Part shown: piece by piece, positions 15,447-23,342 of the stretch
How the letters are laid out: every line of letters starts with the position of its first letter
Position numbering within the stretch: the stretch's first letter is position 1
NCBI GenBank assembly: GCA_030167145.1
Contig: CP126532.1
Location: 2,730,001-2,762,000 of the forward strand
Source: Ktedonobacterales bacterium
GTDB lineage: Bacteria > Chloroflexota > Ktedonobacteria > Ktedonobacterales > JADMIN01
Direction of reading: 5' to 3'
DNA length: 32,000 nucleotides
Made by a program: the position numbers and the translations under genes
The notes under the pieces: generated by a model
The model's database searches: none
What the model was told of the DNA's origin: nothing
Seen by the model: the letters and a program-made list of their open reading frames with translations, nothing else

Positions 15447-15704
15447 TCAGAATATGAGCTTATCTACGTAGCACCAGCGCCAGTCTTCGCCCGGCTGGAA
15501 CGACTGGATGATAGGGTGGCTGGTGGCGTGGAAATGCTTGGTGGCGTGCTTGTTCTTCGAGCTATCGCAGCAGCCGACGTGGCCGCACTCCAGGCAGAGG
15601 CGTAAGTGTACCCACGTATCGCCTATCTCCAGGCATTCCTGGCAGCCATCTCCACTGGGAGTGACGTTATGGATCTGGTCCAGATGGGTGCAGTGCCGTG
15701 CCAT
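15447..15704 (-). CDS. UBP-type zinc-finger domain protein
   Basis: ATG at 15704 with AAGGAG upstream. Cys/His pattern CTHL...GCQECLEIGDTWVHLRLCLECGHVGCCDSSKNKHATKHFHATSHP is typical of bacterial zf-UBP proteins. The track ORF extension to 15773 is discounted. Confidence 0.85.
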   Translation of the reverse strand: MARHCTHLDQIHNVTPSGDGCQECLEIGDTWVHLRLCLECGHVGCCDSSKNKHATKHFHATSHPIIQSFQPGEDWRWCYVDKLIF

Positions 15705-15830
15705 GTGTATGCTCCTTGTCTCGCGCTTGTGTGCGCTCGTGATACGTTCCCGTTCGGGCATTGTAGCTCTCATTGGTAGGGTGCGTCACTGTCTATTCGC
15801 GCGGGGATAGCCTGGAGATGTGGGTAGGAA

Positions 15831-15870
15831 TAGACAGAGAAATAGCCGGACCGCGATGAACGGTCCGGCT
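15831..15870 (-). terminator. intrinsic terminator downstream of the DHA2 MFS gene
   Basis: Perfect 10-bp stem AGCCGGACCG (15844-15853) / CGGTCCGGCT (15861-15870) with a 7-nt loop. On the minus strand it is followed by AUUUCUCUGUCU. Confidence 0.6.
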
Positions 15871-15888
15871 TAGATGGATAGGAATGAA

Positions 15889-17601
15889 CTAGAGGGCGAT
15901 GTCGGCGATGACGGGCTGTTCGATGGCGCCATCAGTCGTTTGCGCCGCAGCGTCTGCGCTGGGTTTGTGGCTCTTGCGCAGGGGGATCTCGCGGAGGAAG
16001 AAGGTGACGACGAAGGCGAGCGCCATCATGGCGGCACCGATGATGAATACTTCGCTGATGGCGGAGGCGAAGCTGCTCTTCACAGCTAGTTCAAGCTGGC
16101 GCATGAGTTCCAATCCCTGGGGGCCAAGCTGGGCGAGGTGCGCTTGCAGCGAGGCAGAGCCGCCGCCCTGGCTCTTCTGGCCAAGCTGGGTGAGCTGACC
16201 CGCGCTGACGAACGGCTTGAGCGGGGCGGGAATCTTGGCCTGCACGTCGCTGGTGAAGGTGTTGGTGAGCACGGATCCCAGCACGGCGAGGCCGATGGTG
16301 CCGCCCATGGAGCGGAAGAAGCTGAGGGTGGCGGTGACTTCGCCGATCTGGCGCAGGGGGAAGGCGTTTTGCACGACGATGGTGAAGAGGCTCATCATCA
16401 CGCCGATGCCCAGGCCGGTGATAATCATGTTGCGGACCAGTTCGCCGTTGGTGGTGGCGAGGGTCATGCGCGAGAGCAAGAGCATGCCGACGGTGGCGAC
16501 GGCGAAGCCGACCAAGGCGAGGATTTTGTAGCGACCGGTGCGCGAGAGGAGTTGCCCGCCGATGAGGCTGCTGGCCATGAAGCCGAGCATCATGGGGGTG
16601 AGGACGACGCCGGAGTTGGTGGCGGATTGTCCCTGGGCGTCCTGCACGAAGTAGGGCAGGTAGAGGATCGCGCCGAACATGCCCGCGCTGAGCAGGAACG
16701 TCGTGAGCATGGAGATGGAGAAGATGTCGTTCTTGAAGAGGCGCGGGCTGATGATCGGCTCGGCGGCGCGAAGCTCGATGATGATGAAGAGGACCAGCAC
16801 GACGGCGGCGGTGGCGAAGAGTGAGATGATCTGCCACGAGTTCCAGGCGTATTGGTCGCCGCCAAGCGAGAGCGCGAGCAGCAGCGGGACGGACCAGCCG
16901 ATGAGCGCGGCGGAGCCGAGGAAGTCAATGCGGTGCGCGCGGCGTTGGATCATGCCGGGGATGGTGAGACCGGCGACGATGAGCGCGAAGGCGCCGACGG
17001 GCATGTTGACGTAGAAGGTCCAGCGCCAGCCCCAATTGTCGGTGATCCAGCCGCCGAGGAGTGGGCCGATGATGGTGGCGAGACCGAAGACGGCGATGAA
17101 GAGGCCTTGCCACTTGCCGCGCTCGATGGGGGGGAAGATGTCGCCGATGATGGCTTGGGCGATGGGCATGAGCGCGCCCGCGCCTAACCCCTGGATGCCG
17201 CGATAGATGATGAGTTGGGTCATGTCTTGGCTGGAGCCGGAGAGCGCGGAGCCGAGGAGGAAGAGGACCATGCCAAGCAAGAAGAAGATGCGGCGTCCGT
17301 AGATGTCGGAGAGTTTGCCGTAGATGGGGACGCTGACAGTGGAGGCGAGCAGGTAGCTGGTGTAGACCCAGGAGATGTTCTGGCCACCGAGGTCGGCGAT
17401 GACGCGGGGCATGGCGGTGCCGACGACGGTTTGGTCGAGCGCGCCGAGGAGCATGCCAAGCATGAGGCCAATGATGATGAGGATGAGGCGTTTGCGGCTG
17501 ACGGTGTCGCGCAGGCTGAGCGGCTCGGCCTCTGTGGCGGCCGGGGACGCGGAGATGGGAAGTGATTCTGCCATAGGGGAAAATGCCTTCTGTTCTAGCA
17601 C
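15889..17601 (-). CDS. MFS efflux transporter, DHA2 (EmrB/QacA-like, 14-TM) family
   Basis: LDQTVVGTAMPRVIADLGG, YGKLSDIYGRRIFFL and GIQGLGAGALMP motifs, with about 14 hydrophobic segments. GTG start at 17601 (alternative ATG at 17574). Lies immediately downstream of marR. Confidence 0.9.
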   Translation of the reverse strand: MLEQKAFSPMAESLPISASPAATEAEPLSLRDTVSRKRLILIIIGLMLGMLLGALDQTVVGTAMPRVIADLGGQNISWVYTSYLLASTVSVPIYGKLSDIYGRRIFFLLGMVLFLLGSALSGSSQDMTQLIIYRGIQGLGAGALMPIAQAIIGDIFPPIERGKWQGLFIAVFGLATIIGPLLGGWITDNWGWRWTFYVNMPVGAFALIVAGLTIPGMIQRRAHRIDFLGSAALIGWSVPLLLALSLGGDQYAWNSWQIISLFATAAVVLVLFIIIELRAAEPIISPRLFKNDIFSISMLTTFLLSAGMFGAILYLPYFVQDAQGQSATNSGVVLTPMMLGFMASSLIGGQLLSRTGRYKILALVGFAVATVGMLLLSRMTLATTNGELVRNMIITGLGIGVMMSLFTIVVQNAFPLRQIGEVTATLSFFRSMGGTIGLAVLGSVLTNTFTSDVQAKIPAPLKPFVSAGQLTQLGQKSQGGGSASLQAHLAQLGPQGLELMRQLELAVKSSFASAISEVFIIGAAMMALAFVVTFFLREIPLRKSHKPSADAAAQTTDGAIEQPVIADIAL

Positions 17602-17607
17602 GCTACT

Positions 17608-18090
17608 CTAGCATGCTACGGATGATTCGTCGGGTGTGGCCGCGCTGTCGTGTTCGGCGATGGCGGCGAGGGCACGGAGGCCGCGCAGGAGGGCGGCGAA
17701 GTCGTCTGGGGCGAGGGCGTCGAGCCAGCGCACGAAGCGCTCTGGTCCGCCCTGGCGCAGGCGCGTGATGAGATCGCTGCCGACGGGGGTGAGGGTGACG
17801 AGGGTGCGGCGGCGGTCTTCGGCGTCTTCAGTGCGGGCGGCGAGACCGAGCTGCACGAGGTGGTCTACGAGGACGCTGGCGGCGGGCTTGCCGATGTCGA
17901 GGGTGTCGGCGAGGGCGCTGACGTTGACGGCCTGGCGAGTGGCGAGGACGAAGAGTGTTTTGAGCTGGCCCATGGAGAGGTCCAGGTGAATCCACTCGCG
18001 CATGTGGGTGCTGAGCAGCGCGCGATAAATCTGCTTTTGCGCGGCAATGGCCTCGGCGATGTCGGGGTTGGGTGCGCGTGGGTCGTTCAT
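17608..18090 (-). CDS. MarR family transcriptional regulator
   Basis: ATG at 18090, 6 nt after GGAGG. Winged-helix core LSMGQLKTLFVLATRQAVNVSALADTLDIGKPAASVLVDHLVQLGLAARTEDAEDRRRTLVTLTPVG. Confidence 0.9.
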   Translation of the reverse strand: MNDPRAPNPDIAEAIAAQKQIYRALLSTHMREWIHLDLSMGQLKTLFVLATRQAVNVSALADTLDIGKPAASVLVDHLVQLGLAARTEDAEDRRRTLVTLTPVGSDLITRLRQGGPERFVRWLDALAPDDFAALLRGLRALAAIAEHDSAATPDESSVAC

Positions 18091-18107
18091 ATGATGCCTC
18101 CTCTTTC

Positions 18108-18148
18108 TTGACATCATTCATGATAACAGAATTGTTCGCGAATGTCAA
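18108..18148 (-). promoter_or_regulatory. marR-MFS promoter (TTGACA-N17-TATCAT on the minus strand) embedded in an inverted repeat TTGACAT-N27-ATGTCAA with central TTCGCGAA
   Basis: Minus-strand -35 corresponds to 18143-18148 and -10 to 18120-18125, with a 17-nt spacer. The palindrome arms are 18108-18114 and 18142-18148. This is a likely MarR operator region. Confidence 0.55.
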
Positions 18149-18222
18149 ACTATTTTCTCTGGAGCATGTTATTGCGCATGGTGAGCGGTAGGTGCGGATT
18201 GGAGACGCTGGTCTTATGCGCG

Positions 18223-18252
18223 TTGACAGCGCTTGGCGGGGCATGATATGCT
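18223..18252 (+). promoter_or_regulatory. candidate rpsP promoter (TTGACA-N18-TATGCT with a TG extension)
   Basis: TTGACA at 18223-18228 and TGaTATGCT ending at 18252. About 135 nt upstream of rpsP. Confidence 0.4.
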
Positions 18253-18387
18253 AGTCAGGCTTATTCTTTGGGCGTTTGTGCCCTGCGCTGGTTGACCAGC
18301 GCGCCGCGCTGTTGCGCTTCGAGCCGGTTGTTATGCGGCTTTACACCTTGTCCGCTGAGGCGGATATTGCGGAGGAAGAACGTTTCT

Positions 18388-18651
18388 ATGGTCAAGATTC
18401 GCCTGATGCGCGTGGGCGCGAAGGGTGCTCCTAGCTATCGTGTGGTCGTCTCGGATGCGCAGTCGCCACGTGATGGGCGCTTCATCGAGAATATCGGCTG
18501 GTATAATCCGCTGACCGACCCCTCGACGATCAAGATTGATGCGGACCGCGCGAAGTACTGGCTGGGCGTTGGCGCGCAGCCAACGGATTCGGTGCGCTCG
18601 CTGTTTATACGTTCGGGTGTGGTAGAGCGCCCAGCCGCGGCCACGAAGTAA
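18388..18651 (+). CDS. rpsP: 30S ribosomal protein S16
   Basis: [46 protein letters not shown] at 18371-18375. Confidence 0.95.
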   Translation: MVKIRLMRVGAKGAPSYRVVVSDAQSPRDGRFIENIGWYNPLTDPSTIKIDADRAKYWLGVGAQPTDSVRSLFIRSGVVERPAAATK

Positions 18652-18789
18652 CGCGGTGGCACGCGCGCTGTGGGTTGTTGCGTGCGTTTAGCTCGCAGGC
18701 TTTTCGGGCATCACGTCGGGATCATGTCAGGTGCGCTATCGCGGTAGATAGCGTGTTCGCTCGCCAGCAGCGACAAGCGGGGGCACGTC

Positions 18790-19125
18790 ATGCAGGGGCT
18801 TATCGAATTTCTCGCCCGCAATCTGGTGGATACGCCGGACGCTGTGGCGGTGCGCCAGTTGCGCGATGATCGCTATGCGACGATTCTGCGGCTGGATGTG
18901 GACAACGACGATCTGGGCAAGGTGATCGGGCGGCAGGGGCGTGTGGCGAAGGCGATGCGCACCCTGATGCGCGCGTCGGCCACACTGCAAGGCAAGCGGC
19001 ATATCGGCCTGGAAATCCACGAGGATATGCGCCAGGAGCAGCAACCGGATCAGGACCAGGATCAGGAAGCGTACCAGGAACCTCACGATGAAGCACCAGC
19101 GCCCGAACAGTCCCCCGAAGCCTGA
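18790..19125 (+). CDS. KH-domain RNA-binding protein (YlqC/UPF0109-like) with an acidic Gln/Pro/Asp-rich tail
   Basis: LVDTPDAVAV...DLGKVIGRQGRVAKAMRTLM contains the GxxG KH loop (IGRQGR). Conserved position between rpsP and rimM. Confidence 0.85.
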   Translation: MQGLIEFLARNLVDTPDAVAVRQLRDDRYATILRLDVDNDDLGKVIGRQGRVAKAMRTLMRASATLQGKRHIGLEIHEDMRQEQQPDQDQDQEAYQEPHDEAPAPEQSPEA

Positions 19126-19696
19126 CACGACAACGCACGCGGACGACTGGGCGGAGGTCGGCGTGATTGCCGGAGCATTTGGTCTGCATGGCGAGGTGAA
19201 GGTCCAGCCGGAGACCGCTTTTCCAGAGCGTTTCGCGTCTACCCCGACCATCTATCTCGGCGATGAGCGCACACCTTACGCCATCGAGCAGGCACGGGCG
19301 CACAAGCAGCAGATCGTGCTGCGATTGCGCGACGTGACCAGCATCGAAGCCGCCGAAGCGTTGCGTGGTCAGCGTGTCTGGATTCCCGCGAGCCAGTTGA
19401 TGCCGTTGCCTGAGGGTCAGTTCTATCTGCACGATGTGATCGGCCTGGAGGTGCGGCATGTAGATGGGCGGGTGCTGGGCACGGTGCGCGATATTCTGTT
19501 GGGCACAGGCAACGATCTGTTTGTGATCCAGCGCGTGCCCGTCGCTGGCGCGGATGGGGTGATGGCGGCACAGCAGGATGATGTGTTGCTGCCAGCGGTG
19601 AAGGCGTTTATCACGCGGGTGGACCTGGAGGCGCGAGTGATGATCGTGGACCCGATTCCCGGTCTCTTCGACGAGGAGTATGAGGAAGCGCGCTGA
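19088..19696 (+). CDS. rimM: 16S rRNA processing protein RimM
   Basis: VGVIAGAFGLHGEVKV...EALRGQRVWIP...EGQFYLHDVIGLEV...G..LGTVRDIL.TGNDLFVI is the RimM N-domain plus PRC barrel pattern. Overlaps the KH gene by 38 nt. Confidence 0.9.
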   Translation: MKHQRPNSPPKPDTTTHADDWAEVGVIAGAFGLHGEVKVQPETAFPERFASTPTIYLGDERTPYAIEQARAHKQQIVLRLRDVTSIEAAEALRGQRVWIPASQLMPLPEGQFYLHDVIGLEVRHVDGRVLGTVRDILLGTGNDLFVIQRVPVAGADGVMAAQQDDVLLPAVKAFITRVDLEARVMIVDPIPGLFDEEYEEAR

Positions 19697-19852
19697 TGGG
19701 GATGGGAGTGGCGCGCGGGCCGGAATCGCGCCGCTGGGGCCAGCATATGGACCGTGAATCCAGCCTATTTATCATGGGTTCTTGATTTCTTGATCTGACC
19801 CATGCTATTCTGACGCTGGTCGCTGGTCACAGGCCGGTGGGGTCCGTGCTAG

Positions 19853-21676
19853 TTGAGGAAAGGGAATAGCCTGGTGCGCCAACCAGCATCAAACGCGACG
19901 CTCACCTCTGGCACCGTGCTTTCCAAACGCTATCGTGTGGAGCAGTTGATCGGCAGCGGCGGGTACGCCAGTGTGTACCGCGCGACTGACCTGACCTATG
20001 GCTATGAGCGCGCCATCAAGGAAGTCACGGACCCCGACGAGAATGTGCGCAAGCAGTTCAAGCTTGAGGCCGAACTGCTGATTCACGTGAACCACCCCAA
20101 CGTGCCCCGTGGCTACGAGATTCTCGAAGATCACCATAAGCTGTATTTGGTGATGGACTATGTGCAGGGCAAGGATCTCGAAGAACTGCTGAACGAGAGC
20201 CTGGTGCAGCGCAAAGCGCCGCTCGAAGAAGATCAGGTGTTGACCTGGGCGATTGCCATCTGCGACGCGCTTGAGACGATGCATCGCCTGAAGACGCCGG
20301 TGATTCACCGCGACATCAAGCCAGCGAATATCAAGATTACGCCGGAGAATCAGCCGATCTTGATTGACTTTGGGCTGGCGAAGGTGCATGCGATGGGGCC
20401 GACGCATGTGGCCGCGCAGGGGGTATCGCCGGGGTTCGCGCCGCCGGAGCAGTATATGGCGAAGGGGCGGACCGACGCGCGCACGGACATCTATGCGCTG
20501 GGCGCGACGCTGTATGCGTGCCTGACGGGCAAAGATCCGCCAGAGGCACCGGGGCGGTTGCTGGCGCAGACGGGTGTGGGCGGGCCAAACGGGATGCAGC
20601 TCGTGCCGTTGCGCCGCAGCAATCCGCGCGTGAGCGAGACGACAGAGCGCGTGATCATGAAGGCGCTGGAACTGTCGCCGGGCGCACGCCAGCAGAGCGC
20701 TGCGCAATTACGCAACGAGCTGGCGGAGGCGCAGCGTAGGCTCCGTGCGGCGCATGGCGCGGGTATAGCCGGGCCATCGAGCAGCATGGCGCGGGGGTCC
20801 ACCGCCGTGATGGGTGCGCCGTGCCCGCGCTGCGGCACGCCGAATCGCCCGGACGCGCAACGCTGCGTGAATTGTCACGCGCCGCTGCCAATCAGCTCGA
20901 AGCATCCACGCACGCTCGCCGCCGCGCAGGCCGCTGTTGATGTGCGTCCCTCCACGCAGATGCCCGTCGTTAACGGGCCGGCTCGTGGCGCGCCTGCCGC
21001 GCTAGGTCAACGGGGGACGGCCAAGCAGCAGGCGGTTGCGGTGGAGCAGGAGCGGCGCACGGCCAAACAACAGGCAATCGCCGCTGAGCAGGAGCGCCGC
21101 ACGGGGAAACAGCCGGTGGCCGCTGCCGCGCCGGTGATGGCGGCGTTGCCGCCTGCCGCGCCCGCGGCAATGGGCAAAAAAGCGCCCGCCAGCAAGAAGG
21201 CTGGGGCCGCGGTGGCGGAGCCGGAGCAGCGCGACCCCAGTGCATGGCTGCGCTTCGGGCCGGATCTGGTGAGTGGCTTTGGCAAGACGATGCTCGCCGC
21301 TGCGGCTGTGGAGGCGCTGTGGGGGGCGCTGGTGATCGCGCTGGGTGTGATCGCACTGATGTACAAACAGACGAATCCGCCGGTCTTGCAGATGATTATC
21401 GGCTGGATGGTGGTGGTGTTGCTGGTCAGCGTGCTGGGCGCGCAGGCGCTGACACGGCCGGTCTACCGCAAGGGTTTCATGCCGAAGGGCCGCCGGGTAT
21501 TCCAGGGCTTCGTGATCATCGTCTACTCACTGGCGGTGCAGGCGGCGGGTATCTGGGGGGTATTTATCTTTCAGTCGCAGCAGGCGAATCCGACCCTGGC
21601 GATGGCGTCGTATATTTTGTTCGGCATCAGTTCGCTCATTGGCGGCATCGTCGGCGTTCTGACTGTACTGGGCTAA
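19853..21676 (+). CDS. Ser/Thr protein kinase with a zinc-ribbon, tandem 14-aa repeats and a C-terminal 4-TM domain
   Basis: Gly loop IGSGGYASVYRA, Lys in AIKEV, catalytic loop HRDIKPANI, DFG (LIDFGLAK), and PPE. Zinc ribbon CPRCGTPNRPDAQRCVNCHAPL. Four hydrophobic helices in the last approximately 150 aa. TTG at 19853, or GTG at 19874 after GAGGAAAGGG. Confidence 0.9.
   Translation: MRKGNSLVRQPASNATLTSGTVLSKRYRVEQLIGSGGYASVYRATDLTYGYERAIKEVTDPDENVRKQFKLEAELLIHVNHPNVPRGYEILEDHHKLYLVMDYVQGKDLEELLNESLVQRKAPLEEDQVLTWAIAICDALETMHRLKTPVIHRDIKPANIKITPENQPILIDFGLAKVHAMGPTHVAAQGVSPGFAPPEQYMAKGRTDARTDIYALGATLYACLTGKDPPEAPGRLLAQTGVGGPNGMQLVPLRRSNPRVSETTERVIMKALELSPGARQQSAAQLRNELAEAQRRLRAAHGAGIAGPSSSMARGSTAVMGAPCPRCGTPNRPDAQRCVNCHAPLPISSKHPRTLAAAQAAVDVRPSTQMPVVNGPARGAPAALGQRGTAKQQAVAVEQERRTAKQQAIAAEQERRTGKQPVAAAAPVMAALPPAAPAAMGKKAPASKKAGAAVAEPEQRDPSAWLRFGPDLVSGFGKTMLAAAAVEALWGALVIALGVIALMYKQTNPPVLQMIIGWMVVVLLVSVLGAQALTRPVYRKGFMPKGRRVFQGFVIIVYSLAVQAAGIWGVFIFQSQQANPTLAMASYILFGISSLIGGIVGVLTVLG
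21017..21124 (+). repeat. 42-bp in-frame tandem repeat (about 2.5 copies) inside the kinase gene
   Basis: 21017-21058 and 21059-21100 encode TAKQQAVAVEQERR and TAKQQAIAAEQERR. The copies differ mostly at synonymous sites. A partial third unit follows. Confidence 0.8.
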
Positions 21677-21704
21677 GTGGCGCGCATTGCGGAGCAGAGA
21701 GAGC

Positions 21705-21782
21705 GGGCGGTTGAAACCGCGCCTCTATGGCCCGCGGCCACAAAACCCGCCTGCGCGGGTTCGGGACAGACCAGTGTCCGCC
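21705..21782. repeat. composite intergenic repeat: GGGCGGTTGAAACCGCGCC ... ACCCGC-CTGC-GCGGGT ... GGGACAGACCAGTGTCCGCC
   Basis: The same ordered modules recur at 28684-28825, with an insertion between modules. Confidence 0.7.
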
Positions 21783-21869
21783 GGAAAAAGTACAAGCGCA
21801 TCATGCCGTGGCTAATCTCGGTTTCGACGCTGGTGTGCTGCTTCAACGGCTTAAGGGGGCAAGGAGACC

Positions 21870-23048
21870 ATGCCTCAACTCAATCCGGGCCTTGCCGGTC
21901 AGCAACCGAATCCAATGTTTCGCATCGGCGCGCTCGTGCATGGGCGCGCCGATGTGCTGCATCTGGAGTTCGGTGAGCCGGATTTTGCGACGCCGGAGCA
22001 TATCGTCGCGGCGGGTATCGCGTCGCTGCGCGATGAGCGGCAGGGCTATGGTCCTGGCAATGGTGTGCTTTCGCTACGCGAGGCACTGGCGGCGCGGGTG
22101 GCGCGGGTCAATCGCATCGCGGCTCCGCCGGAGCAGATCGTCGTCACGGCTGGTGGCACGGGCGGGTTGATGGCGTCGCTGCTAAGCATCTGCGCGCCGG
22201 GGGCTGAGGTGCTGGTACCCGATCCCGCGTGGGCGGGCTACGATGCGATGCTCGCGGCGGCTGGCGCACGCAAGGTGTATTATCCGCTGTCGCCTGCGCT
22301 GGGCTGGCAGCCGGATTTCGATGCGCTGGAACGGGCGATCACGCCGCGCACGACGGCGCTGCTGGTCAATTCGCCATCGAATCCCGGCGGGGCGGTCTTC
22401 TCGCGGGCGACCATTGCGCGGCTGGTGGAGATTGCCCAACGCTATGACCTGTGGCTGCTCTCAGATGAGTGCTATGACGAGTTCGTCTACGAGGGCGAGC
22501 ATGTCAGCCCGGCGGCGCTGGATAGCGATGGGCGAGTCGTCACCATCGGCACGTGCTCGAAGGCGTATGCGATGACCGGCTGGCGCGTGGGCTGGGTGGT
22601 GGCGCCGCCCGCGCTCGCCGCAAGCATCGGGCTGGCGACGGCGGCGCAGATCAACAATCTGCCGCTCTTCGTGCAGCGCGCGGCGGCGGCGGCGATCACG
22701 GGTCCGCAGGCGTGCGTGGGCGAGATGGCGCGGGCGTACCAGCAGCGGCGCGACCTGGCGGTGGAGTTGGTGCGAGCGCGCGGGCTGCTGGAATACGTGC
22801 CAGCAGGCGCGTTCTATCTGCTCGTGCCGCTGGCGCGGTTGGCGTCGCCGGACGATCCGGCGGCGTTCGATGGGGTGGCCTTCGCGGAGGCGCTGATCGC
22901 GGAACGGGGCATTGCTATCGCGCCGGGGGTGGCGTTCGGTCCGGCGACGGCGGGGCATGCGCGGGTGTCGCTGGCGAGCAGCGCCGAGACGCTGCGCGCG
23001 GGGATCACTGGAATGCTGGACTTCGCGGCGGATTACGCGACACGATAA
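21870..23048 (+). CDS. pyridoxal-phosphate-dependent aminotransferase, class I/II (aspartate aminotransferase-like)
   Basis: LEFGEPDFATP, NSPSNPGG, and PLP-lysine motif CSKAYAMTGWRVGW. 392 aa. Confidence 0.9.
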   Translation: MPQLNPGLAGQQPNPMFRIGALVHGRADVLHLEFGEPDFATPEHIVAAGIASLRDERQGYGPGNGVLSLREALAARVARVNRIAAPPEQIVVTAGGTGGLMASLLSICAPGAEVLVPDPAWAGYDAMLAAAGARKVYYPLSPALGWQPDFDALERAITPRTTALLVNSPSNPGGAVFSRATIARLVEIAQRYDLWLLSDECYDEFVYEGEHVSPAALDSDGRVVTIGTCSKAYAMTGWRVGWVVAPPALAASIGLATAAQINNLPLFVQRAAAAAITGPQACVGEMARAYQQRRDLAVELVRARGLLEYVPAGAFYLLVPLARLASPDDPAAFDGVAFAEALIAERGIAIAPGVAFGPATAGHARVSLASSAETLRAGITGMLDFAADYATR

Positions 23049-23342
23049 GGCAGCACTGTGGTCGCGACTGCGATACCGCTGTCTGTCGCCGCCCGGATGG
23101 TGTTGGTGTGGAAAGTGGAACGATGACAACATCCCTTCAACGCTATGTGGCGGGCACAAAGTGATGTGGGCAGAGCCGCTCGTTCTGGTGGGAGCCATGA
23201 CCGCTTTCTGCTAGAATTGAGGAGGTTTCCGCCGCATCATGGGCCATATTATGCGCTGCTAGACATATCCAACTTTAGTGGATGCCGGTTGTGTGATACT
23301 GATGGGCACGGGTACTAGCCCATGCACGAGAGGATCCGCAGC

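Noticed and set aside
23240-23263. 7-codon mini-ORF (MGHIMRC) after AGGAGG at 23221-23226, upstream of the MerB-like gene, considered as a possible leader peptide
   Set aside because: The RBS-to-ATG spacing is 13 nt, which is too long. No attenuator structure is evident, and it is too short to evaluate.
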